64,000 nucleotides of DNA from a virus (lineage: Duplodnaviria; Heunggongvirae; Uroviricota; Caudoviricetes), in IMG/VR virus record IMGVR_UViG_3300012269_000002, positions 18,407 to 82,406 of that record, one strand, 5' to 3'. The notes under the pieces were generated by a model. That model saw only the letters and a program-made list of their open reading frames with translations. It searched no databases and was not told where the DNA came from. Below are positions 1 through 8,373 of this stretch, piece by piece. Numbering within the stretch: the stretch's first letter is position 1; each line of letters starts with the position of its first letter. The position numbers and the translations under genes were made by a program.

Positions 1-1
1 T

Positions 2-106
2 ACTATGTTAACAACAGTTAATTTTGGTGATTTATCTATGGATGATGACAGTATAGCCGACATTACAGCCGACCTAAGGTTTGACCGAGCAATACTTTTG
101 TTCTAA
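2..106 (+). CDS. 3' end of probable tail tube protein (T4 gp19-like), truncated by window start
   Basis: Frame 2 reads TMLTTVNFGDLSMDDDSIADITADLRFDRAILLF*. This resembles the FGDL..D..I..I...LR.DRA.L C-terminus of myophage tube proteins and lies upstream of the chaperone and tape measure genes. Confidence 0.6.
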   Translation, partial: TMLTTVNFGDLSMDDDSIADITADLRFDRAILLF

Positions 107-138
107 CTTAACACACTTATAATAAGTTACTTACGTTT

Positions 139-199
139 TATCGAATCATAAAACATAAGTAATATCAGAGTATCGAATCATAAAACATAAGTAATATCA
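139..199. repeat. Perfect 29-bp direct repeat (two copies, 3-nt spacer)
   Basis: TATCGAATCATAAAACATAAGTAATATCA at 139-167 and 171-199, separated by GAG. Confidence 0.95.
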
Positions 200-200
200 T

Positions 201-239
201 AAAAAAGTCCGTTTAAACATTGTTTAAACGGACTTTTTT
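201..239. terminator. Bidirectional-type intrinsic terminator
   Basis: AAAAAAGTCCGTTTAAAC-ATT-GTTTAAACGGACTTTTTT: perfect stem flanked by A and T runs, after the tube gene. Confidence 0.85.
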
Positions 240-250
240 CTTTATATTTG
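220..250 (+). promoter_or_regulatory. Bacteroidota-type sigma-A promoter (-33 TTG / -7 TAnnTTTG)
   Basis: TTG 220-222, 20-nt spacer, TATATTTG 243-250, ATG at 255. Confidence 0.7.
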
Positions 251-254
251 TGTT

Positions 255-1919
255 ATGAATATAAAAGAGATATTATTAGAATGTAAAGAAGTTCATAAGA
301 ATAAATATAATTATTCCAAGGTGACTTACGTTAATGCTAAAACTAAGGTTGTTATAGGTTGTCCAGAACATGGTGATTTTGAACAATTATTATATAGTCA
401 CAAAAATGGTTTTGGGTGTAATGAATGTGCTTTAATTGTGAGGGCTAATAAACGTAGGTTAAGTCAAGATGACTTTATTGAACAATGTAAAAATGTTCAT
501 GGTGATTATTATGATTATTCATTAGTTAATTATACTAAAATTAAAAATAATATTAATATAATTTGCCCAAGACATGGTAAGTTTGAACAAACTGCCGATG
601 ACCATAAGAATGGTCGTGGGTGTGTTAAGTGTTATAGGTCTAAACAATCTGAAAATAATCTTAAAGAAAATACTGAATCTTTTATTGATAGATTAAATTC
701 TGAGCTCCCAAATAATGATTATGATTTTTCAGAAGTTAATTATATACATGGTAAGTCTAAAGTAATTATTACATGCCCAATACATGGTAGATTTGAGAGA
801 AAGCCTAATTTAATACTGGATAGTAAAAAAATATGTTTGGGGTGTTCACCTAAAAAGATAGCCAGTAATAGGATTACTACTGAGGAATTTATTATTAGGG
901 CCATTAAAATACATGGTAATAAATATGATTATTCGAAAGTTGTTTATAAATCACCAAAATCTAAAATAATAATAATTTGCCCAGAGCATGGTGAATTTAA
1001 ACAATCAGCATATAATCATATAAATCCAATTAATTTTATGGGTTGTAATGAATGTGGTAAAAAATATGATAAAAGTGAAAATGAAGTATCTGATTTTATA
1101 ACTACATTGGGTATCTATTTTGAAAAAAATAATAGGTTAATTCTAAATGGTAAAGAATTGGATATTTATATTCCGTCTCTTAATGTCGCTATTGAGTATA
1201 ATGGGTTATATTGGCATTCTGAATTACATAAAGATAATAACTATCATTTAGATAAAACAATAGAATGTGAAAAACTAGGAATTCAGTTAATTCATATTTT
1301 TGAAGATGAATGGTTAGATAAACGAGAAATTGTTGAGAGTAGATTGAAGAATATATTAGGGTTAACTAACATTAAGGTTTTTGGTCGTAAATGTGTGGTT
1401 CGTGAAATACCAACTAAAGAGTGTAGGTTATTTTTTGATATGAATCACTTACAGGGGTATACTAACTCGAAATATAAATTAGGTTTATATTATAATGATG
1501 AGTTAATTTCAGCTATGTTATTTACCACCCCAAGATTAGGTATTGGTGCTAAGTTCGATGGTTATGAATTAACCAGGTTTGTCAATAAACTTAACACTAG
1601 TGTTGTTGGGGGTGCTGGTAAATTATTAAAACATTTTATAAAAACCTATAATCCAAATGAAATAAGAAGTTATGCTGATAGAAGATGGAGTGATGGGGGT
1701 CTTTATAATAAACTTAATTTTATTAAAATGAATATAAATAAACCAAATTACTGGTATGTTAAAGGATTAAAAAGATATCATAGATTTAATTTTAGAAAAG
1801 GAAAGTTAAATGATATGGGTTATAATATTGAGGGTAAAACTGAGCGTGAGATTATGTTAGAGGCTGGTTATTTAAGGATTCATGATTGCGGAACAATGCA
1901 ATATATATTAAAACCCTAG
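255..1919 (+). CDS. Free-standing homing-endonuclease-like protein: four Cys/His zinc-binding repeats + PD-(D/E)XK Vsr-like nuclease + C-terminal GNAT/Mom-like domain (Hef-like)
   Basis: Four repeats of Y.YS.V.Y......I.CP.HG.F......H..G.GC..C (the third degenerate). Nuclease motif ELDIYIP..NVAIEYNGLYWH...IHIFEDEW. C-terminal NHLQG..ELTRF..GGAGKLL..SYADRRWS..LY..LNF. Confidence 0.75.
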   Translation: MNIKEILLECKEVHKNKYNYSKVTYVNAKTKVVIGCPEHGDFEQLLYSHKNGFGCNECALIVRANKRRLSQDDFIEQCKNVHGDYYDYSLVNYTKIKNNINIICPRHGKFEQTADDHKNGRGCVKCYRSKQSENNLKENTESFIDRLNSELPNNDYDFSEVNYIHGKSKVIITCPIHGRFERKPNLILDSKKICLGCSPKKIASNRITTEEFIIRAIKIHGNKYDYSKVVYKSPKSKIIIICPEHGEFKQSAYNHINPINFMGCNECGKKYDKSENEVSDFITTLGIYFEKNNRLILNGKELDIYIPSLNVAIEYNGLYWHSELHKDNNYHLDKTIECEKLGIQLIHIFEDEWLDKREIVESRLKNILGLTNIKVFGRKCVVREIPTKECRLFFDMNHLQGYTNSKYKLGLYYNDELISAMLFTTPRLGIGAKFDGYELTRFVNKLNTSVVGGAGKLLKHFIKTYNPNEIRSYADRRWSDGGLYNKLNFIKMNINKPNYWYVKGLKRYHRFNFRKGKLNDMGYNIEGKTEREIMLEAGYLRIHDCGTMQYILKP

Positions 1920-1936
1920 GAATTCCTAGGGTTTTT
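1910..1936. terminator. Bidirectional terminator between convergent genes
   Basis: AAAACCCTAGG-AATT-CCTAGGGTTTTT palindrome overlapping both gene ends. Confidence 0.8.
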
Positions 1937-2679
1937 TATTTACCATACTTTTTATTTAATTCTTTTTCATAATCGGTATAATTGATTAACGGAAAGAATT
2001 CCCCAATATTTAAACAAATATGTTGACAATTAAATCTAAGAGTCCTTATATTTTGGTGAAAATGACCATAAAAATGATGGGTAATATTGTTATTTTCATT
2101 AATTATATTAAAAGCTGTCGATAACAATTCTCTTTCCAATATTAAATCATCCATTAATTTATCATCATATGTAGCAAATCTATTAATAATTTCAGGTGTT
2201 TTACCTGGAACATTAATCGGTGGTATAAAACTAGGGGTGGTATGTGTAACCAAAATATCAATACCCCTAACTTCTTTTAAGAAATCCTCATTTAAAACAA
2301 ATAATTCATCTTCCCAATGCGAGTTAGTTTCAAGTCTTCTAGGGACCCTATCTATACTAATGGCACCACCTATACCAAGTATTTTTTTATTCTCTATTTC
2401 CAAAACGGTATAATCGGGGTGTAGTTTTAAATTGGATAATAGATAGTCACCCTTAAAAAATTTAGGGTCGTCATGATTACCCCTGATAACGTGTAGGGTT
2501 ATATCCCTTTCCTTTAGAAATTCGTTGAAGAATTCTAATTTTTTTATTTCGTTACTTGTTCTAGTAAACCCAACACCATAATCACCAACATGTATTATAT
2601 GTTCGTTAGTTATTTTTTTTTGCTTTATTGTCCATTGGATAAAAGCATCGTTACCGTGAGTATCCCCTAAGAAAATCAT
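1936..2679 (-). CDS. Calcineurin-like metallophosphoesterase
   Basis: Motifs GDTHG, GDYG, GNHD, THT and GHFH in canonical order. Confidence 0.9.
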   Translation of the reverse strand: MIFLGDTHGNDAFIQWTIKQKKITNEHIIHVGDYGVGFTRTSNEIKKLEFFNEFLKERDITLHVIRGNHDDPKFFKGDYLLSNLKLHPDYTVLEIENKKILGIGGAISIDRVPRRLETNSHWEDELFVLNEDFLKEVRGIDILVTHTTPSFIPPINVPGKTPEIINRFATYDDKLMDDLILERELLSTAFNIINENNNITHHFYGHFHQNIRTLRFNCQHICLNIGEFFPLINYTDYEKELNKKYGK

Positions 2680-2707
2680 ACCGTTATAAAATTTTTATTA
2701 ATTTACG

Positions 2708-2738
2708 CAAATATAATAAATAAAAAACACTTATGCAA
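2708..2738 (-). promoter_or_regulatory. Bacteroidota-type promoter for the phosphoesterase
   Basis: Minus strand: TTG (2738-2736), 20 nt, TATATTTG (2715-2708). Confidence 0.7.
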
Positions 2739-2806
2739 ATAAAACTTTACTTATTATATTTATTTAGTAGATTAAGAATAATAAAATTTTAAAAATAGTT
2801 TTAATT

Positions 2807-3868
2807 ATGAGTGATAAAAAACCAGATGTTTTTCAAACAAAAAACACAGATAATATGGAATTTCCAAGTCAAATTTCTAGTGCAGAGGAACTTGCGGCTA
2901 ATAAAATGAAAAGAAGAACCGAGGAACAAATTAAACTTAGGTCTGAAAATTTAGCTAAAAGTGAGGAAATAGCTAGGGAAACCGAAAAAACAAGACTAAT
3001 ACAAATGGAAGAAAAAAATGCTCACCAATCAAATCAAAATTCTAGTAATCAACAAATGATAGAGCCAACGGTTAATTACCCACAAGTTACTAAAGCACCA
3101 GAACTTAGTGATATTGAAATAATGAGCCAACCCCAAATGAATCAAGCATTTGATGTAATCCCATTACCGTCCGAGGGTAAATTATACCCATCTAAAAAGA
3201 AAAGTATCAAGGTTGCGTATTTAACGACCGCTGATGAAAATATTCTTACGTCACCTAACTTAGTTGATAGTGGGCAATTTTTGGAAATACTATTAAATAG
3301 AAAGATTTTAGAACCAGAACTAAGATATAGTGATTTACACACTGGTGATAGAAATGCTATTATGGTTTGGCTTAGGGCCACTGGTTATGGTACTGATTAC
3401 CAAATACAAATGTTGGATAAAAATAATGTACCATTTGAAACATCCTTTGATTTAAGTACTCTTAAAACAATAAAATTAGGTGCTGAACCAGATTTGGAAG
3501 GTTTATTTTATTTTAAAATGCCATTAAGTGGTGATGATATAAAATTTAAACTATTAAGCGTTGGTGATGTTGATGCAATAGGTGAATTATTAGAATTGGA
3601 TAAGGTTAATGGTGTTACTATTAATACTGAACCTACCCACATTTTAAACTTTCATATAATTGAGGTAAACGGTGATAGAAGTAGAGATTTTATTAAGGAA
3701 TATTCAAATAATATTAGAACATTAGATGCTCAGAAACTTAGGAAATTTATTAGTAGTATCGAAAGCGGTATAGATTTAAATGTCGATATCAAGACTCCTG
3801 GGGGTGGGTCTATAACTACATTTCTTCCAATTAACCCAAGCTTTTTTTGGCCTAACTCGGAATTATAA
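2807..3868 (+). CDS. Tail/baseplate assembly chaperone (T4 gp26-like)
   Basis: FDVIPLPSEGKLYP..IKVAYLTTADENIL..., ending in FLPINPSFFWP; position between tube gene and tape measure. Confidence 0.7.
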   Translation: MSDKKPDVFQTKNTDNMEFPSQISSAEELAANKMKRRTEEQIKLRSENLAKSEEIARETEKTRLIQMEEKNAHQSNQNSSNQQMIEPTVNYPQVTKAPELSDIEIMSQPQMNQAFDVIPLPSEGKLYPSKKKSIKVAYLTTADENILTSPNLVDSGQFLEILLNRKILEPELRYSDLHTGDRNAIMVWLRATGYGTDYQIQMLDKNNVPFETSFDLSTLKTIKLGAEPDLEGLFYFKMPLSGDDIKFKLLSVGDVDAIGELLELDKVNGVTINTEPTHILNFHIIEVNGDRSRDFIKEYSNNIRTLDAQKLRKFISSIESGIDLNVDIKTPGGGSITTFLPINPSFFWPNSEL

Positions 3869-4124
3869 AACGAGTTTATTAGAAGAGATTTATGCTTGTA
3901 CCAAACACATAGGGTTTTCATACCAAGATACGCTTAGTATGCCTACTTACGAAAGGAGGTCCTATTTATCATTATTGATAAATGAAAATACTAGAAAATC
4001 TGAAAGGATGGAACAAGAAATGGAAAATACTACCAATAAGAACGCAAAGGGTAGTAGGACCAGTAGGGTTAGTGGTGAAACACTTAAAGCAAGATTAAAA
4101 AACGGAGAAATACCTAACAATTAA
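3843..4124 (+). CDS. gp51/GT-like chaperone extension, probably reached by ribosomal frameshift (ORF track starts it at ATG 3939)
   Basis: The frame is open from 3816 with no ATG before 3939. It reads ...NYKTSLLEEIYACTKHIGFSYQDTLSMPTYERRSYLSLL, and a T7 run (3842-3848) lies at the end of the upstream gene. Confidence 0.6.
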   Translation, partial: FFGLTRNYKTSLLEEIYACTKHIGFSYQDTLSMPTYERRSYLSLLINENTRKSERMEQEMENTTNKNAKGSRTSRVSGETLKARLKNGEIPNN

Positions 4125-4143
4125 ATAAGTTAGGTATTTTTTT
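4108..4143 (+). terminator. Intrinsic terminator
   Basis: AAATACCTAAC / GTTAGGTATTT stem followed by a T run. Confidence 0.65.
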
Positions 4144-4180
4144 CGTTTATTAGATATTTATAGTAAATACCATAATTTAG

Positions 4181-5530
4181 ATGAAAAAACTAATTATTAA
4201 CGAGTCTCAACTAAGGCTTATAAAGAATTTATTACTTGAGAATAAAACTCAGGATTTAATTAAAAAAGTTAACATCGGTGATATTATTTTAATTTACAGG
4301 GAAAATGTTGAAAAACATTTAATCTTTGAAGTTATAAATAATTTACCCGATGGTGTTTTTATGAGACCAGCTGATACAAATTCTAAGGATAGAGATAAAT
4401 TGATTAGGTTCAATATCATGGATTTGGATGGTGATACATTGAATTTAAAATGGATTGATAGCCCAGAAGGTGAAAAGGTTGGTAAACCTAGTTGGAAGAA
4501 CGTAACCGTAAAAAATATAACTGGTTATAGTTTACTTGATTCGGATAAAAATCCTAAGGGTTTTGTTAAGCTTAGTGATGAGGAAGAGGAAGAGGTTAAT
4601 ACCGATAATTCAGTAGAGGATGATGATAATATTGAGGATAATCAAAGTGAAAGCGAATATTTAAAAACACTAATATCTAGTTTGGACGAAATTGAGGTCG
4701 GTAGTAAACACATTTTGACCTTAAGTGATAATAGTAAAATACATTTTGAGGTTATTGATAAAGTACCTAATAAAATTGGTATTAAAATATTAAAAAATGT
4801 TGGTAAAGAAGCTAAACGATATGATAAATTAATTGATAATATCCTAGAACTTGAACCATCATCAAAAACAGTTAAATTAGTTAATGGTAAAAAAATATTT
4901 AACATATCATTTTTAAGTTACCCAGATGATAGGGATATTAATGAAGTTGATGAGGATGATGTAGATGTTGGAGAACCAGTAGTAATCAGTAACATAATTA
5001 ATTTTGAAAAATCTTATATAGATGCGAGTACGGATGTTAGTTCTTATGCAACCATTACTGATAAAGAAGCCATGAGTATGATTTTAAAAAACCCTAAGAT
5101 TAGAGGTGCGTTTATGAAGCAACCAACATTATGGGATATGATTACGAATAGTGAACCAAAAGGTCTTATTAAGGCTAAATCTATTCTTGATAAAGTTTAT
5201 AATGGTGACAATGAATCTAATAAACAGGTTACCGATGTTTTAAAAATTCCCAATAAAATAAGTTTTAAACTTTTAGGTGATTCATTTAGTGAAGAAATTG
5301 ATGGAGTTACTTATAAATTAAATAATGAAGTTAAATATATTGCAAAAAATAGGGCCAAGAGAGATGGTGGAGTATTTTCAACTATTTTAACTAAAGGTGG
5401 TATGGAACTATTTATTTATAGAATTAAAAATAAAGATAACGAAGAATATTTAGCCAGAATAATTATAAATTCGGATAGTGGTAAGGACTTTAAAGAAAAT
5501 AGGGTTATAAAAATATTTAAACAACAATAA
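4181..5530 (+). CDS. Hypothetical (probable virion) protein
   Basis: 449-aa ORF preceded by TATTTATA. N-terminus MKKLIINESQLRLIKNLLLE, acidic linker, two similar beta-rich segments. Confidence 0.7.
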   Translation: MKKLIINESQLRLIKNLLLENKTQDLIKKVNIGDIILIYRENVEKHLIFEVINNLPDGVFMRPADTNSKDRDKLIRFNIMDLDGDTLNLKWIDSPEGEKVGKPSWKNVTVKNITGYSLLDSDKNPKGFVKLSDEEEEEVNTDNSVEDDDNIEDNQSESEYLKTLISSLDEIEVGSKHILTLSDNSKIHFEVIDKVPNKIGIKILKNVGKEAKRYDKLIDNILELEPSSKTVKLVNGKKIFNISFLSYPDDRDINEVDEDDVDVGEPVVISNIINFEKSYIDASTDVSSYATITDKEAMSMILKNPKIRGAFMKQPTLWDMITNSEPKGLIKAKSILDKVYNGDNESNKQVTDVLKIPNKISFKLLGDSFSEEIDGVTYKLNNEVKYIAKNRAKRDGGVFSTILTKGGMELFIYRIKNKDNEEYLARIIINSDSGKDFKENRVIKIFKQQ

Positions 5531-5533
5531 TAT

Positions 5534-8083
5534 ATGGCTTCAAATGATGATTTTTTAAAAAATCTAACAGCTTCGGCTAAAATACAAAAACAGTTAACTT
5601 CAAGTGTTGGTGAATATGCCAAGGCTATAGCTACTATTGGTGAAATTCAAGAAAATATTAAAATTGCGTTAGAGGGTCAAAAAGCTATTGAGGCAGATTT
5701 ATTATTATTAAGACAAGAGGAACAGGACTTAATCAATAAAATGGCTGGTGATAGTGCTAACCTAACCGAAGCTGAACGTAGAAGATTAGCAAATTTAGCG
5801 ATAATAATAAGAAATCAACAAAATATTTCTGACGAACTAGTAAAACAAACTACCTCATTAAATAGACAGAATGATGAGTATATTCAGATAATTAAAAACG
5901 TTAGTAAGGTTAATTTAGGGGTGAGTACCGTTCTTAAAAGTTTAACTAAAGTACCTGGCTTAATTAAAAAAGGTTTTGGTGCTCTAGATGATACTGGTAT
6001 TTTTAAGGTTGATAAAGAAATAAAGTTAACGTCTAGAAGTCTTAATATTTCAAAAGCTAATTCAGATGCATTTGGTCTTAGTTTAAATAAGGCTGCTAAG
6101 TCAACAAGTATGATAGGTGTTCAAACAGAAGACTTATCTAAAATGCAAAAATCATATTCAGAAGAAATAGGTAGGTCCGTAGTACTAAGTGAAGAAGGTC
6201 TAGTAGCTATGTCTAGAATGGCACAAGGTACTAACCTAGGTACCGAGGGTGCTGCTGCTATGGCAGCTGAAATGGATAAATTCAACTTATCGGTTGAGGC
6301 TTCTGCCGATTACGTTGAGGAAACGGTTAAGCTAGCCGCTAAAATGGGTGTAAATTCAGATAAAGCAATTAAAAATTTACAAACAAATCTTAAATTAGCT
6401 CAAAAATTTAATTTTAAAGGTGGAGTTGCTGGAATTACCATGATGGCAAATGAGGCCGCTAGGCTTCGTTTAGACATGGATGGGATATCTGGGCTAGCTG
6501 ATAAGGTGTTTAGGCCAGAGGGTGCCGTTGAAATGGCTGCACAGCTACAAGTTATGGGTGGTGAGTTTGCAAAACTAGGTGACCCTTTCACATTAATGTT
6601 TAAAGCTAGAAATGATTTTGCTGGTTTTGCTAAGGATATTTCAAAGGCTACGGTTGAATTTGTTGACTTTAATGATGAAACTGGTGAGACAATCCTTAAG
6701 GGTGGTCTAGCGGCTGATAGAATGAGGGAGATTTCCAAGATTACGGGTATCGCCACTGATAAATTGGTTGAGATGGCTGGCGCACAAAAAAGGTTGGAGA
6801 AATTCGATTCGATTATCCCAAGTGTAATTTCAGATAAGGAAGATAGAGAAATGATTGCATCTTTAGCTACAATGAAAGATGGTAAGGCTGAAATAGTACT
6901 TTCTGGTGGTGAAAAATTTAATTTAAAGGATATTACCGATAGTACGCTAAAGTATATAAAGGCGAATGATGAAGGTTTAAAAGAAAGGGCTGAAGGTTCT
7001 AGAAGTTTTGATGAGAACATTACTGATTTTAAAAATACAATGAAATCTACATTTTTACCATTAGCTCAAACATTGGCCAAGGATATTGGCCCCAAGATAC
7101 AGGGAATGGTTGATTATTTAAGGGATAATGATTGGTTTGGTAAGATAGAGACATTTATGAAAGGTGTTGGAAGTGCCGTAACGACATTTGGTGATATATT
7201 TAGTCCAAAAGGATTATTAATTGCTGGAATAGCTACACTTATAGCTCAACCAGCTTTATGGGTTATACGTGGACTAAAATTAGCTAAAGGATTTATGAGC
7301 GGTGTTCGTGGCATGGGTGGTATTGGTGATGGAAAAACTGGAAGTAGAACTGGTTCTTCTGGTAGTGGAATGTTTAATACTAGTAGAACTGGTGCTGGTA
7401 TGTCTAAGTCGGCTAAGATGGGGATGAATTTTAAAAGTGCCAGTAAAGGTATTGGTAGTAGGCTTGGTGGACTTACCGCTGCTGGATTTTCTGGTTATGA
7501 TGAGTGGTCTGAAAATAGTGAAAACGGTATGGGAGATGGTGAAAATGCCACTAGAACTGCCGCTAGAGCTGGTGGTGCTGGTTTAGGTGCCTGGGGTGGT
7601 GCCGCTGCTGGTGCTGCTATCGGTAGTGTTGTTCCAGTAATTGGTACAATTATTGGTGGAATTATAGGTGGTATAGCTGGTGGTGCTTTAGGTGATTATG
7701 TTGGTGATAAAGCTGGTGATATAGGTTTCGGTAGTAGTGGTAAACCAATAAAAAGTGTTGATGATGGTATCATAAGTTTTAACCCTAACGATAAATTTAT
7801 GTCGGTTGGTAGTGATGCCATGATTGCTGGAACTAACGTAAACGGAAATAAAAAACTAGCTGAAACGATATCAACTGGTGGTTCTGGTGGCTCAAGTGAG
7901 GTTAAACATAAATTTGATGATTTAAATATTAATATTTCATTGAATAGTGACACTGCATGGTTAAATAGAATCGGTTCGGATATCGCTAACGATAGGACTT
8001 TTGTTAGGGAATTAACTATTAAAATACAAGAAGAAATTAGAATGGCAATAGGTGGTGGAAAACTAAATCCTAACCCAATATAA
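5534..8083 (+). CDS. Tail tape measure protein
   Basis: 849 aa, helical and Ala/Gly-rich, N-terminal coiled coil, glycine-zipper segment (GGAGLGAWGGAAAGAAIG...GGIIGGIAGGALG); lies after the chaperones and before baseplate genes. Confidence 0.85.
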   Translation: MASNDDFLKNLTASAKIQKQLTSSVGEYAKAIATIGEIQENIKIALEGQKAIEADLLLLRQEEQDLINKMAGDSANLTEAERRRLANLAIIIRNQQNISDELVKQTTSLNRQNDEYIQIIKNVSKVNLGVSTVLKSLTKVPGLIKKGFGALDDTGIFKVDKEIKLTSRSLNISKANSDAFGLSLNKAAKSTSMIGVQTEDLSKMQKSYSEEIGRSVVLSEEGLVAMSRMAQGTNLGTEGAAAMAAEMDKFNLSVEASADYVEETVKLAAKMGVNSDKAIKNLQTNLKLAQKFNFKGGVAGITMMANEAARLRLDMDGISGLADKVFRPEGAVEMAAQLQVMGGEFAKLGDPFTLMFKARNDFAGFAKDISKATVEFVDFNDETGETILKGGLAADRMREISKITGIATDKLVEMAGAQKRLEKFDSIIPSVISDKEDREMIASLATMKDGKAEIVLSGGEKFNLKDITDSTLKYIKANDEGLKERAEGSRSFDENITDFKNTMKSTFLPLAQTLAKDIGPKIQGMVDYLRDNDWFGKIETFMKGVGSAVTTFGDIFSPKGLLIAGIATLIAQPALWVIRGLKLAKGFMSGVRGMGGIGDGKTGSRTGSSGSGMFNTSRTGAGMSKSAKMGMNFKSASKGIGSRLGGLTAAGFSGYDEWSENSENGMGDGENATRTAARAGGAGLGAWGGAAAGAAIGSVVPVIGTIIGGIIGGIAGGALGDYVGDKAGDIGFGSSGKPIKSVDDGIISFNPNDKFMSVGSDAMIAGTNVNGNKKLAETISTGGSGGSSEVKHKFDDLNINISLNSDTAWLNRIGSDIANDRTFVRELTIKIQEEIRMAIGGGKLNPNPI

Positions 8084-8114
8084 AAATTATTTTTAAAAAT
8101 AATTGATTTAAAGC

Positions 8115-8145
8115 TTGACTTTGTGGAAAATTTTCTGTAATATTG
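8115..8145 (+). promoter_or_regulatory. Candidate promoter upstream of AT-rich repeat
   Basis: TTGACT-N17-TAATAT (sigma70-like). The same bases also fit TTG-N20-TAATATTG (Bacteroidota consensus, one mismatch). Confidence 0.45.
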
Positions 8146-8236
8146 TTATATATAGTAATATAATATATAATATATAATATATAATATATAATATATAATA
8201 TATTATATATAGTAATATAATATATATTATATATAG
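8146..8236. repeat. AT-only tandem repeat array
   Basis: Six tandem TAATATA units at 8161-8202, plus three TTATATATAG boxes at 8146, 8203 and 8227. Confidence 0.95.
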
Positions 8237-8272
8237 AAAAAAATTTAAATTTTTTATTCAAACGGAAAAATC

Positions 8273-8300
8273 GTGATACTTTAAAGTATCACTTTTTTTT
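8273..8300 (+). terminator. Intrinsic terminator
   Basis: GTGATACTTTAAAGTATCAC palindrome followed by T8. Confidence 0.8.
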
Positions 8301-8373
8301 TATAATTAATATAAAATATTTATTTTGACATAAAATTGGTTACGTTAATATTTATAATAAAAGAAAGAGTATT

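Noticed and set aside
6400-7020. 206-aa antisense ORF in the tape measure gene, and the other antisense or nested ORFs of 60-170 aa in the track
   Set aside because: They lie wholly opposite or inside long, well-supported genes; their composition reflects codon bias and they have no motifs or promoters.
8070-8261. 63-aa minus-strand ORF rich in Y/I/N
   Set aside because: Translation of the AT tandem repeat; low complexity, no coding signal.
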